NCBI GenBank assembly: GCA_020184695.1
Contig: JAANOX010000093.1
Span: 62,001 to 126,000 of the forward strand
From: Histomonas meleagridis 2922-C6/04-290x
Taxonomy: Eukaryota; Protista; Parabasalia
DNA: 64,000 bases
Reading direction: 5' to 3'
Made by a program: the position numbers and the translations under genes. The notes beneath the pieces were generated by a model. The model was not told the DNA's origin, made no database searches, and saw nothing but the letters and a program-made list of their open reading frames with translations. Below are positions 1 to 11,397 of the stretch, piece after piece; within the stretch, counting starts at the first letter, position 1; each line of letters starts with the position of its first letter.

Positions 1-669
1 TTTTATTCCACCATAGATCTCAGTCAAATTTGGGCTCAATTTGTAGCCTTTACTGATCAATGTGAAAAATATTTTCGAAATAAATACAGTATCCCAGAAG
101 ATCTCCCACAAATATCATCGTTTTGTTCACGTGCGTTATACCAACGTTACATGTTAACACATCCTTTATTTCCAAAACCAATAGTAAATACACAATTTTT
201 GACACAAGTCTCAAAATTACGCAAACTTACTGGCTCTGGATTTGGGGCTAAAGAGAAATTTATGCCACCAGGCTCATTTAATACACCTGTTACATTATGT
301 CCCGGATTATATCGACGTTCTGTATCTGAATGTAATATGTTACCTTTTGCTTGTATTCCGGATGACTTATTCAGAATAATATGCAATATGCATGACTTTT
401 TATTTGAAGAATTGGTTAGAATTATGTATGTCAGAGCTCATGTAAGAACTTCTTTAGCTGATTTTAGACCTACAGTCCAAGTTGGTCAAGAAGATATTTT
501 ACCTATAATGATATTAGTTTTGGTTTTAGCTGATATACCTAATTTACCGGAAATTGTAGATTTCTTTAATGAATATAGTACACATAATCAAGTAAATTCT
601 AAAACAGGTTTATATATGGCCAATATTGCAATGGCTTTTGGCGCTATTATGAATTGGGAATTCGAATAA
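1..669 (+). CDS. VPS9-domain (Rab5 GEF-like) protein, 5'-partial
   Basis: Frame is open from base 1. The C-terminal part has VPS9-type motifs (GQEDILPIMILVLV...IPNL; GLYMANIAMA). Confidence 0.65.
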   Translation, partial: FYSTIDLSQIWAQFVAFTDQCEKYFRNKYSIPEDLPQISSFCSRALYQRYMLTHPLFPKPIVNTQFLTQVSKLRKLTGSGFGAKEKFMPPGSFNTPVTLCPGLYRRSVSECNMLPFACIPDDLFRIICNMHDFLFEELVRIMYVRAHVRTSLADFRPTVQVGQEDILPIMILVLVLADIPNLPEIVDFFNEYSTHNQVNSKTGLYMANIAMAFGAIMNWEFE

Positions 670-852
670 ATAAACAATATTATTTCTTAAATAATAAACG
701 CATATAAATTTACAGTTATTAAACGTTCGACATAACAATGACAAACGGTCAATGCTCTCAATTTTACATTAAAAAAGTTGAATGGAAAATGGTCGGTTTC
801 ATCCCGAAAGAGGTTAACTGCACTTTTTTCCTCAGTGGTCTAACATTTTGCA

Positions 853-1551
853 ATGGAAGATCAAAAATATGAAAAGACAAAATCAGAAAAAGCAATTTGG
901 GTAGGAAACCTTTCAAAAACAACAAATGAAGATGATCTTAAACAATATTTTTCCAAATTTGGTGAAATTCAATTGGTCGAAATTCCTTATGGCAAAAGAC
1001 ACGGACGTCGTAATTACGGTTATGTTCATTTTAAAGATACTGCATCTGTTCAAAAAGCTATTGATGAAGCTAACGAAAAAACATTAAACAATCAAACTAT
1101 TCATGTCAAAAATGCTTACGATGCACATTTTGATATTGAGAGTTACCGAAAAAGTCAAGAAGCTAAAAGATCAGGTGGCTCAATGCCCCCAAGAAGAAGA
1201 GAATATCCATACGATAATTATCCTAGTAGGGAACGATATGAACGTAGGCCACCACCAGGAAGGCCAGGTGACTACCCAATGGATGACATATATATGAGAA
1301 GAGGATATTATGACGATTATCACCGAAGGGATCTCCCACCACCAGATTATCGAGAACCAAGGTATCTTGATAGGAGGCCTGAACCATACCTGGATGAACC
1401 AAATTATCCTTATCCTTATGAATATCGATCAAGGCCAAGAGAACAATACCGCGATTTACCGCCAATGGATCGACCCATGGATCGACCCATGGATCGAAGA
1501 CCCCCTTACGATTCAAGACCACCTCGAGAATTTATGGGACCAAGATATTAA
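853..1551 (+). CDS. RRM RNA-binding protein with R/D/P/Y-rich low-complexity tail
   Basis: RNP2 (IWVGNL) and RNP1 (RNYGYVHF) motifs; tail with PMDR repeats. Confidence 0.9.
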   Translation: MEDQKYEKTKSEKAIWVGNLSKTTNEDDLKQYFSKFGEIQLVEIPYGKRHGRRNYGYVHFKDTASVQKAIDEANEKTLNNQTIHVKNAYDAHFDIESYRKSQEAKRSGGSMPPRRREYPYDNYPSRERYERRPPPGRPGDYPMDDIYMRRGYYDDYHRRDLPPPDYREPRYLDRRPEPYLDEPNYPYPYEYRSRPREQYRDLPPMDRPMDRPMDRRPPYDSRPPREFMGPRY

Positions 1552-1817
1552 AAAACAAGAAATGTGACAATTCGTGTAAACTATTCAAATGACCCCAAAC
1601 AATTTTTGATAAAATATCGATATTGTATTTGGTTATGAGTATTGATTCACTTTAAAATAAATAACATACCCTTTAAGGAATAACTTTTATTTAGTTAAAT
1701 AGAAATCTTTTTAATCAATGATTTCAATATTTCAATGTTTATAATACTTAAAATGTGATTACATTAAGCCTTGGTTATCTTCCATATCAAATAATTAAAA
1801 TTTGAGATGAAATTTTC

Positions 1818-2471
1818 CTAAATTATCATGTTAAAATCTGCTTTTGACAAAAATAAAAATGATGACATAACATCCATGGCATCACTTGTACTTGAACAAA
1901 CGATTTCTTTGGGTTGTTTATCATCTTTTAAGGTTATATAGATTTTTGAATTATTGGGAAGGAAGTTTGATATGGTAGAAAAGGAAATAATTTGATCAAA
2001 CGGAAAAGTTTGTGTATCTAAGTTTAAACCATGTTTAGTAAGAGTTAGCCTTTTTTTCTGTTTTGACAAATTCATAAATCCTGATGCTATTTCACAATCA
2101 TATGATAGATCTTTTTTGAAATTCTTTGAATTGTATGAGTCAAGGAATTGTTTTGTTCCATTTTTAATTGTTTCATAAAGATGAAGTAATTCAACTCTAT
2201 TTGTAGTTGTAAGTGTAAAAGAATACATTCCAACCGCACCTGATAATTCAATAAAAATGTTGTTCTGGAATCCATCTTCTGTTGTTGTTATAGACAAGCA
2301 TTTTAAATGAAGAGGAAAAAAATACTGAATTGCTATAGATACTTTTTTATAGAAAAACATCCAAAACCCCTTGATCTCCACCCATAAGTTGTCTACATTG
2401 GCATTTGAAGTAAATTTAAGCGAAACAAACCCTTTAAAAGAATTTTCCATATTTTTAACATCACATTTCAT
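1818..2471 (-). CDS. hypothetical protein (possible tandem PH-like folds)
   Basis: ORF of about 217 aa from ATG 2471; beta-rich pattern only, no diagnostic motif. Confidence 0.5.
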   Translation of the reverse strand: MKCDVKNMENSFKGFVSLKFTSNANVDNLWVEIKGFWMFFYKKVSIAIQYFFPLHLKCLSITTTEDGFQNNIFIELSGAVGMYSFTLTTTNRVELLHLYETIKNGTKQFLDSYNSKNFKKDLSYDCEIASGFMNLSKQKKRLTLTKHGLNLDTQTFPFDQIISFSTISNFLPNNSKIYITLKDDKQPKEIVCSSTSDAMDVMSSFLFLSKADFNMII

Positions 2472-2783
2472 ATTGTCCCATTTGTGTTGTTTATTATCGT
2501 TCTTTCTCAATTTTGGTTGTGTATGCTATTTATTAAGCAAGAAGGAATATATTTTATGTAAAAAATAATAACAATAGCAAATCTAAGGGCATCATTGTCT
2601 GAAGAAAAAGCACACACTATGAAAACAGAATACATGTAGAAATTTCTAATGATACATATATCAATAGATAGAAATGGATATTTTTTGAACTTACTATATA
2701 ATTTTTTCCTAAAATCTTGTAAAAAAAAATAATTTTTTTTGTTTATTCATAACTTTTCAATATTAAAAATGTGATAAATTTAT

Positions 2784-3254
2784 TTATGCTCGGAATCTTG
2801 GTGAGAAACTGGGGATCTTGGAATGGAATATGAGATATGAAAACAAGCACCAAATTGGAGAAGTTAATGCAAATTTTGAAATAAGTAATTCTAAATCTGA
2901 TTTGCTTCTATTATCTGGGAGAGACAAAGTATAGGCTGCAGCAATTAAAGATGCAGCAGTAAGAGAAAACATGAGAGAAGCTACAATACCTTCAGCCAAA
3001 AACTGATTACCCAAAGAATTTAAATCAATCCATGATGGAATTGGCCTACCATCTCGTCCACGAATATAACCGATCATTGGCATCCCGCGAACATGACAAA
3101 ATATAAAACCTGCGCAAATGATAAAAAATGAAAAGAAAAGGATAATCATTGTTATCAAAGTATTTGGTAACCTAATTGTACTAAATGGTGTGTAAATTGG
3201 TGTAGGTCTAAACCATTTTTGAAATGGGTAAAGAGCAATTTCCGTAAAACCCAT
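2784..3254 (-). CDS. oligosaccharyltransferase subunit OSTC/DC2-like (OST3/OST6 family)
   Basis: 156 aa with three hydrophobic segments; motifs HVRGMPMIG and QFLAEGIVAS. Confidence 0.75.
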   Translation of the reverse strand: MGFTEIALYPFQKWFRPTPIYTPFSTIRLPNTLITMIILFFSFFIICAGFIFCHVRGMPMIGYIRGRDGRPIPSWIDLNSLGNQFLAEGIVASLMFSLTAASLIAAAYTLSLPDNRSKSDLELLISKFALTSPIWCLFSYLIFHSKIPSFSPRFRA

Positions 3255-3574
3255 TAATCAAAACAAAGTTTTTCAATTTTTAATTTCTAACGGTCTCGAA
3301 ATGAGTCAGCAAAAATATGAAAATGTTATCACGAAATTCGTGTGCTTTTTATGTCTTTTTTCATGTTTACATTTGATACACAAAATAACATAAATCAGAT
3401 AAAAACAACGTAAATCTTGAAGAATTAAATCGGAGCAAATAAAATTTAATTAAATATATTTTAAAATTTAGATAATTTTAAAATTGATTGATTTTGAATT
3501 TTTAATTATTTTTTTTAATGAATTCATTAACATAGAGAATAATATATTTCAAACAGTTTTTACTAACATACATA

Positions 3575-5593
3575 TTAAATTTGATTATATTCCTGAAAAT
3601 CTTTCGCAAAAGGATCTTCTTCAACATGTGTGACAGGTGAAACCACCAAAAGGTCATTTGGTGTTTCCATTTCTTCTTTATTTGTACTACTTGATGCGAA
3701 TGAATTTACATTTTCCTTACGATTTCTGACATGAACAATCAAAACAATGAGTAAACAAATCAAAAGCACTGCAATAACAACGCAGACAATTATAATGATC
3801 AAGTTCGTATTCTCATTTTTATCATTTGTGTTAACATTTGATTTATAAAACATTAAGAAAACTGAATAAAAGTTATAATATGTCGAATATCGAACAATTC
3901 CATATTCATAAAATATAAGTTCCGTGAATGTGGAAATGAATGTTGAATTAATATATGTAAACAAAAATGTGTCAGAGAGAAATGTGTTTATCGGAGCCAT
4001 TGTCATTGTGACTCCATATGAATGGGTAAAAACAAAAGAATGTGTTAAATCAGCAAAATTTGTTAAATCAGATGAATGTGTTAAATCAGAAAAATTCGTT
4101 AAATCAGATGAAGATGTTGTTGGTTCGTCTTCACCATCGCTAACAATAATTGCAAATTCATATTGTTTTACAGATTCCAATTCTGATATATTAAAGAATT
4201 CTTTATTTGAATATTGGCCGTATGAACATGTTAATGAAAATCCATTATCCAATTTTTGTGGAAAGATGTACATTTTATATGTTTTTGAGTGAGCCAAAGT
4301 GTTTTCTTCAAATATGTTATTAGTAATATCCCAATCATCTAATTGCAATGATTCTTCATCAATTGAAGCAATCCCATTTAATGCATTGAATGTACCATTA
4401 TGCTTTAAACCATTTATGGAAAATTTCCATAAATTCATTTGTTCTGTTTCATAAATTATTTTCAACTCAATATATGCCATGCAACTTTGGAATGCAAATG
4501 AAATGTTTTCTGACTCACTAAAAAGAGTCAAATTCGAATACATAAAATTTATCATTTGTTGTCTTTCATTAGTTTGCATTATACTTGTGTCCATTTTCAT
4601 TAAATAATCTTCTGGTAAATCTTTCTGATATGGAAAATATGATGAAATTAAAACCTTTTCATCAATTTGTGGCTTTATAATATACATTGGGTTATCTAAT
4701 GGCATGAAATTACTATTTTCATTTATAATGTATGGGATATTCCTATACAATTCGCACATATTGCTATTAGGTGAATTAGTTACTGTAATTCCAATAGTAT
4801 CATCAATTTCCCAATTATGAGTTTCTGTTGTTGCAATTACTTTAGAATCTGTCGCGATTTTAATATTACCAGTGATCCAAAAATCATTTTCCATTCCATT
4901 ATTTAATCCAACTAATACTTCTGATAAGTCCTCATGAATGTGTTGTGTAAGTCCATTTGTATATTCAATAAATAAATCAATGTATTGTGTGTCGCCAATA
5001 GTACCGAGAAGTCTTGTTTTAGAGATGAAAGTGTCGCTGTTGGAAGTAAAATTCAAAAAGATACTCATTGGTTCTCCACAGATTATTTCATTCCAGAGAT
5101 CATATTGACCAGCTATTCCATAAATATTAGCAGTGAAAGAACAAATTATATTGGGATCGCCTTCCATTATTTCAAGATCAAATCCAACTCGTTGATTAAT
5201 CTTGGAATTTACTTGTAAAATATCATCTGCTGGAATCAAAATTCTTTCAGTTCCTGAAAATAAATAGCCAGGAATTGGTTCAATAGTTCCATTAGAAGTG
5301 ATGTTTACATATGCAATGTCATTAATAACTTGAAATCCATTAGGTAAATTGTAAATAAGTATGGTATATTCTCCAGGATCAAACAAATCTGGGCATAGAA
5401 AATAACTTGTTGTTGAAGTGTATTTTATTTCATCAACATTGACTATAAATAATTCAGGAATTTCTGATGATATATCAGTAGAAATATGTATTGATAATTC
5501 GCCTTTATCTGGATGTGGAGTACTCCAATTGGATAAAACAGTAACAGAGTGTGAAACATTCATGAGAGTTGCTAAAAAGAAGAAAGAAATCAT
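3575..5593 (-). CDS. type I surface membrane protein (signal peptide, S/T-rich stalk, TM, acidic tail)
   Basis: N-terminal hydrophobic signal, SDLTNFSDLTH repeats, TM IIIIVCVVIAVLLICLLIVLIV, tail EEDPFAKDF. Confidence 0.85.
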   Translation of the reverse strand: MISFFFLATLMNVSHSVTVLSNWSTPHPDKGELSIHISTDISSEIPELFIVNVDEIKYTSTTSYFLCPDLFDPGEYTILIYNLPNGFQVINDIAYVNITSNGTIEPIPGYLFSGTERILIPADDILQVNSKINQRVGFDLEIMEGDPNIICSFTANIYGIAGQYDLWNEIICGEPMSIFLNFTSNSDTFISKTRLLGTIGDTQYIDLFIEYTNGLTQHIHEDLSEVLVGLNNGMENDFWITGNIKIATDSKVIATTETHNWEIDDTIGITVTNSPNSNMCELYRNIPYIINENSNFMPLDNPMYIIKPQIDEKVLISSYFPYQKDLPEDYLMKMDTSIMQTNERQQMINFMYSNLTLFSESENISFAFQSCMAYIELKIIYETEQMNLWKFSINGLKHNGTFNALNGIASIDEESLQLDDWDITNNIFEENTLAHSKTYKMYIFPQKLDNGFSLTCSYGQYSNKEFFNISELESVKQYEFAIIVSDGEDEPTTSSSDLTNFSDLTHSSDLTNFADLTHSFVFTHSYGVTMTMAPINTFLSDTFLFTYINSTFISTFTELIFYEYGIVRYSTYYNFYSVFLMFYKSNVNTNDKNENTNLIIIIVCVVIAVLLICLLIVLIVHVRNRKENVNSFASSSTNKEEMETPNDLLVVSPVTHVEEDPFAKDFQEYNQI

Positions 5594-5666
5594 TTTTCAA
5601 AAAATTTGAAAGACTTCATCTAACGGTTTATTTTTTGATAGTATTTGTTTGAAATCTCAGAGCTCG

Positions 5667-5952
5667 AAGTAAATATTTAAAACATTTAACTGAAGAAAAA
5701 AATGCTGCATAATCAATTAATGTAACATTTTCATGATTAATAAATGAACAACTTTCATAAAGTGATGGTTTAATTGTTTGATTAAAATCAAAATTTGTTT
5801 GTGATGATATTTCTTGAAGTTTTTCTACTTCATCATTTCGAATTGTTTTTGCTATTTCATTTGGATTATGTCCTTCTTTAACATATTGCTTATGAAGTTC
5901 AAAATCATTGTGTGAAAGTTCTTCATAACTTTTATTGCGATGTTATTTTCAT
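5667..5952 (-). pseudogene. internal fragment of a DUF3447-like/ankyrin family gene
   Basis: Near-identical to 7040-7290 (…EGHNPNEIAKTIRNDEVEKLQEISSQTNFDFNQ…LIDYAAF); truncated at both ends. Confidence 0.8.
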
Positions 5953-5957
5953 TTTAA

Positions 5958-6180
5958 CTCAATGGTAAGCAGCCATGTCTTGATGTTGATCTGGATGATG
6001 CAGTTGCATATGGCGCAGCAGTACAAGCAGCAATTATCAAAGGTGATAGCTCAGATACAGTGAAAGATATTTTGTCATTAGATGTTGCATCACTTTCATT
6101 TTGTTTCAAAAAAGCGGGTGGAATGCTAATTCCATTGAACACAACAATTCCAGTGAAGAAGTCAAATGTCTTCAGTCCTG
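5958..6180 (+). pseudogene. Hsp70 internal fragment
   Basis: Translates [30 protein letters not shown]…LDVASLS…[17 protein letters not shown]. This is the Hsp70 [11 protein letters not shown] / NTTIP region with internal deletions. Confidence 0.85.
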
Positions 6181-6514
6181 TGTATGTTAGTCGTCTACAA
6201 TCTTTTTTAAATCGGATGCTATTAGTGTCAGTTCGTAAGACATCATCTGGATATTATGATTCTTTCATGAAAATTTAGATTCATGTATATTAGATTTTAT
6301 ATTGACGAAGATATTAGAAATCTATTATTGTGATGTAAAAAATTAATCAGTTAGTGCTATAGAATTTAATCAAGTAGATTATATGACATTATTTGCTTCA
6401 ATTGCAATTGAACATATCCGATAAGACTGAGATTTCTATCGTTTAATTTTGGGGTGGCCTAGCCGTCTTTCAAAAAAACATTTTCTCACTTATCCTGTTT
6501 CAATTATAAGATAA

Positions 6515-9500
6515 ATGGGAAATAGTCAAACGCAAATCAAAGAAGAAAATATAGATTCAATAGGAATGTTACAACAAATAGAAAATTATATCTTTAAAAT
6601 GAACGAAAATAATATTCCAGAAACAGTTGAATCAACATTATTTATTAAAACCCATCAATATCCATATTCATTTAAGCTTATAATTTGTCAATTACTTTAT
6701 TCGTATTTTTTAATGGGAAATGAAAATATTCAATTAGTTTTTTTGAATATATAAAATTATTTAAAATGAAAGAAGAAGAATTATATAATCAAAAAAAAGA
6801 TACAAATAATGAAACGAAAGAAGATAATATCATTAATATATTTTTACAGATTTTCTTTTTAATTTTAAAACACAAGAATCGAATTATATTCTCGAAAGAT
6901 TAATTGAAAATAAAATAATTGAAGAAAATAAGATTAGATATATAAACTCGTTGTTATTTATTCACTATAAAAGAAAAAGCGAAATTAAAAATATAAAATC
7001 TAATTTTCTACAATCAATTTTTAGATAATTACAAAGAGCTTTCAAAGAATGATTTTGAACTTCATAAGAAATTAATTAAAGAAGTACATAATCCAAAAGA
7101 AATAGCAAAAACAATTCGAAATGATGAAGTAGAAAAACTTCAAGAAATATCATCACAAACAAATTTTGATTTTAATCAAAAAATTAAACCATCACTTTAT
7201 GAAAGTTGTTCATTTATAAATGAAGAAAATGTTACATTAATTGATTATGCAGCATTTTTTTCTTCAGTTCAATGTTTTAAATATTTACTTATGAATGGTG
7301 CTAATGTAGAAAATACAGGTAAATATGCAGTTGCAAGTGGGAATGAAGAAATCATTCATTTATGTGAACAAAATCATTCAACATTTGAAGGTGCATATGA
7401 AGCAGCAATTATATTTCATCGAAATGATATTTTTAAATACATCTATGAAAATAAATCAGAAAATATTATGCATACTGATTTATTAATTGAATGTGTTTTT
7501 TATTATAATTTTGAAATACTTTCATTTCTAATTGATAAAGAAAATAAAAATTTTGAGGAACTTATCAAAAACTTCGATTAAAACTGGAAATATTTTTTTA
7601 TTTAAATATTTTTGTAAATAATAATATAGATAAAATCCCTAAAAAAATGTTTTAAGTTTAATTTTAATTGCAAGAAATAAAAGAACTTTTTTAAAGATAT
7701 TCTTAAAAAAATAAATTTATATTGATTAAAAGTAATGATGATATTTAATTAATTTATTTATAGTTTTATATCAAAAATTTAATGTATCAAAAATTTAATT
7801 AACGTTTTATTTAATTATTTTATTTACAAATTATAAATAATTTTAATTTTAGTTCTACAGAAATGTATAAGTTCTTATTTGAGCAAAATAAAATCAAAAT
7901 TAATGCTTACACAGCACTTATGGTAGCATCTTCAAAAGGTTATACAGAAATAGTTAAATTACTTCTAGAACAAGAAGGAATTGATATTAATGCTAAAGAT
8001 ATTTATTCGTTTTGTTTGAAATTTATTTTAATAATTTCTTATTTCAAAATAATATTTGGAAATGATTTAAATTATTTGGAACAGCACTTATTTATGCATC
8101 TGAAAATGGTCATACAGAAGTAGTTAAATTACTTCTTGAACAAGAAGGAATTGATGTTAATGCTAAAAATATTTATTTGTTTTATATAAAATTTATTTTA
8201 ATAATTCTGGATTTCAAAATAATATTTGGAAATTATATTAAATAATTAGAACAGCACTTATATATGCTTCTATATACCATAAAACAGAGATAGTTAAACT
8301 ACTTCTTGAACAAGAAGGAATTGATATTAATGCTAAGGATAAAATTTATTTTAATAATTCTGGATTTCAAAATAATATTTGGAAATTATATTAAATAATT
8401 AGAACAGCACTTATATATGCTTCTATATACCATAAAACAGAGATAGTTAAACTACTTCTTGAACAAGAAGGAATTGATATTAATGCTAAGGATAAAATTT
8501 ATTTTAATAATTTTATGTTTCAAAATAATATTTGAAAATTATTTAAATTATTTTGGACAGCACTTATTTTAGCGTCTGCAAATTGTCATACAAAAATAGT
8601 CAAATTACTTCTTGGACAAGAAGGAATTGACGCTAATGCTAAAAATATTTGTTTGTTTTGTTGAATATTTATTTTAACAATTCTATATTTCAAAATAATA
8701 ATTGGAGATTATTTAAATTATTTGATACAGCACTTATGAAAGCATCTGAAAAAGGCTATATAGAAATAGTTAAATTACTTCTTGAACAAGAAGGAATTGA
8801 TATTAATATTAAAAATATCCAATTACTAAATAAATTATTTCTTATATAATTTTGATATAGTTTCATAAGATTTGGAATTTAATTTCAATAATTGAAACAT
8901 CACTTACATTGGCATCAGAAAAAGGATATATAGAAATAGTTAAATTACTTCTTGAACAAAATGGAATTGATATTAATCCTCAAGATATTAAATTGAATAA
9001 TAACGAATATCAAAAAATATTTTTATGATTTTATTAAATATTATATGAATAAATTATATAATCAAAACACCACTTATATGGGCATCAGAGAGAGGTTTTA
9101 TAGAAATAGTTAAAGTTTTACTTAAACAAAAAAGAATTAATATTAACATGAAAGATATTTCAATAAATCAAGTAATGACTTAATTCATCATTTTGTAATT
9201 GAAAATAATATTTGGAGATTATTTATATTTTATAATACAGCACTAATTTGGGCATCTATTAATGGAAATGTAAAAATAGTTAAAATATTACTTAAACAAA
9301 ATAACATTGATATTAATGCTAAAAATTTATATATTTTTCAAGTAATATTCATATAAATTATTTTTGATTTCGATATAATATTTGGAATTTATTTATATTC
9401 ATTAAAACAGCAATTATAAAAGCCATTGAAAATGAAAGAATAAAAGTTATTAAATTACTATTAAAAAAAGATAATCTTGATATAAATATATGTGATATTA

Positions 9501-9645
9501 AAATATTTCATATTAATTTCATCTTAAATAATTAAAATCATAAAATATAATTTGGAATTTATTATGATTAAATGAAACAATTTTCAAATATGCATTAAAA
9601 AAGGGAAATAGTGAAATCATAAATTTACTAGAAAAATATAAATAA
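6515..9645 (+). CDS. DUF3447-like + ankyrin-repeat gene with 17-nt interruptions; 5' part frameshifted (errors or pseudogene)
   Basis: The N-terminal domain has several frameshifts, mostly in homopolymers. Eleven ankyrin blocks run from 7911 to TAA 9643-9645, separated by ten clusters of 80 or 63 nt. Confidence 0.75.
8001..9576 (+). repeat. ankyrin array, 170-nt period (153 nt in two units); 38 spacers of about 17 nt
   Basis: Clusters start at 8001, 8171, 8341 (63 nt), 8494 (63 nt), 8647, 8817, 8987, 9157, 9327 and 9497. Confidence 0.9.
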
Positions 9646-9939
9646 TTTTTATAAACTGTTTTTTCTAAAATTCAAAAATATTTATCATATTTTTGTATAA
9701 ATTTTAATACTCTCGTAATCTCAAATCCGTTTGGAAAGGTTTTCATCCCAGTAGGCTTGGGACAAGTAAATCATACAATTTTTTTTTGAGTGACTGTTGA
9801 AGTATGGATATATTGATGAGGGGAAAAAAAAAAAACGCTTACTCGCGCACCTCATATTTTTGATCTTTTATTTTCGAAAATTCTAATTTTTACTTTATTA
9901 TTTATAAAATTGATTATTTTCATACATTAGCAGGACTGA

Positions 9940-9945
<6 letters not shown>

Positions 9946-9970
<25 letters not shown>
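9946..9970 (+). repeat. poly(T) tract
   Basis: Run of about 25 T. Confidence 0.9.
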
Positions 9971-9978
<8 letters not shown>

Positions 9979-10437
9979 CATATTAACTAATTTTTTCAAT
10001 CCCAATATTTATCTCATTCTACTCTTAACTCTTTTTATCATTTTATGTTTATATCTTAATGAGTTTGTTTTAAAGATTTCTTATTGTTTGCAAAGCAAAC
10101 CAAACAGCATGAAGCGCATTCTTGTTCAAATTGAAATTAATGTTAAAAATTTTGGCATTATCCAATGTCTAAAGGAAATTGATTTATGATCAAACAATGG
10201 GGAACATTTTATCAATCAAGTAAATGATTTTTGATTTGGAAAAAGAAATCTCTATCATTAAACAAAATTAATTCAACAATGAATTTGATCAAAGCTATGA
10301 ATTATATTTTAGTTATCCAATTCGATAAGCTATACAAACCAAAAATGAAATTCGAATTTCGCACAACATAAATTGGTGACTTTTTCTGTGTAATTTACGG
10401 TTATCAAAAATTCAATTTCTAAATAAATTTTATGTTT

Positions 10438-11397
10438 TTAATATAAATTAATTATTTCGTTTGTGTTTCTTTGATTCACAATGGCTTTACTATCATTATC
10501 CAATTTCCATTTCAGCCATCTTGTCGTTTTGAGGACACAATCGTTGTACTTCTTTGCACATATCTTACGCTCAAAAATTCTCGATTCGCTCGTACACTTA
10601 TGCTTCCCATGATCCAAATGGAACACAGGAGGATTTCCTTGGTAATTGATCGCATAGTCCAAGTTCATCATCATTCCAATTATATAATTATCCCATGTAC
10701 AATATCCAACTTCGAAATTCGGAATAGTGGTGAAATTCAACTTCTTTTGGTGCCGCGAAAACACATAAATGTCTGCACCAACAGTTAAAGGGTAATGTTC
10801 CCGACTTAAAAACACTTCTTCAATCTTATCATATGGTGTATCCAAAAGTGATTCGTTTTGTTCATCTAAATTTACGCGATGTATCCCGATAAACGTGTCT
10901 TCTTTGAATATGCGCGTTATATTTTTAGTTACTTCAAACCAGCGATCTGGTACAATTATATCGGAATTAATGAAAGCAACATAATCAGTGGTAGAATGGT
11001 TAAGCCCTTGAATAAACCAATCGCGAACAAGTGGATTTCCACGAGGGCCAACTTTTAGTGGATGATCAATTAGTTTTACTTCCTTTGGATATAACTGTTT
11101 TATCGTATCATTTAACTCGTTGGTAAATAACAAAACTTCAACGTCAGATCTTCTTGTCCAAGAATTTAATGCATATAAATGTAATTTTAGTTTGTATTTT
11201 GTTGAATAGGTGGGCGAGGGAATGGTTATTAATGTTAGAAACTTGTTGCTAAAATTAGAATAATTTTGATAAATTGAAAAATTCAAATATGAAAAGTTCT
11301 GACGATTAAGAAGTCCCAGGAAAACCAACAATACTATTAAAAACGTAAACGATATGTTTCCAATAACCATGAGGCCCGGAGAAGAAGTTGGCCGCAT
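10438..11397 (-). CDS. putative type II membrane glycosyltransferase (GT-A-like)
   Basis: N-terminal TM; YVAFINSDII DxD-like motif; WDNY and FHLDH motifs. Confidence 0.6.
   Translation of the reverse strand: MRPTSSPGLMVIGNISFTFLIVLLVFLGLLNRQNFSYLNFSIYQNYSNFSNKFLTLITIPSPTYSTKYKLKLHLYALNSWTRRSDVEVLLFTNELNDTIKQLYPKEVKLIDHPLKVGPRGNPLVRDWFIQGLNHSTTDYVAFINSDIIVPDRWFEVTKNITRIFKEDTFIGIHRVNLDEQNESLLDTPYDKIEEVFLSREHYPLTVGADIYVFSRHQKKLNFTTIPNFEVGYCTWDNYIIGMMMNLDYAINYQGNPPVFHLDHGKHKCTSESRIFERKICAKKYNDCVLKTTRWLKWKLDNDSKAIVNQRNTNEIINLY

Noticed and set aside
5651-6436. 10-bp inverted repeat GAAATCTCAG…CTGAGATTTC as transposon TIRs around the captured fragments
   Set aside because: A 10-bp match within about 1 kb is expected by chance in AT-rich DNA, and there is no target-site duplication.
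8061-8080. -1 programmed frameshift at T TTA AAT explaining the 80-nt (2 mod 3) gaps
   Set aside because: It works at 8066-8072, but cluster 8817 has a frame-0 stop (8847) before a -1-frame stop (8858), so no single shift passes. The 63-nt clusters at 8341 and 8494 are in frame yet contain stops. It would also add about 27 aa per loop instead of the consensus 4.
8001-8080. Single conventional 68- or 71-nt spliceosomal intron per repeat
   Set aside because: There is no consistent GT/AG pair or ACTAAC branch motif. No single contiguous excision places Gly at the D-x-x-G-x-T position, whereas 17+3 parsing does so in 30 of 35 clusters.
7993-8082. GT…AG intron on the antisense strand
   Set aside because: GT and AG are just the complements of the Thr (AC) and Ala (CT) codons. 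Removing these 90 nt leaves an 80-nt period and restores no frame.
7911-9645. CRISPR-like array (conserved 90-nt repeat plus variable 80-nt spacer, 170-nt period)
   Set aside because: The repeats are protein-coding ankyrin blocks with amino-acid-level conservation, the spacers are homologous to each other and internally structured, and there are no cas genes in this eukaryotic context.
9800-9940. Box C/D snoRNA (TGATGA … CTGA)
   Set aside because: The boxes are about 120 nt apart in very AT-rich, low-complexity sequence, with no terminal stem or recognisable rRNA guide.
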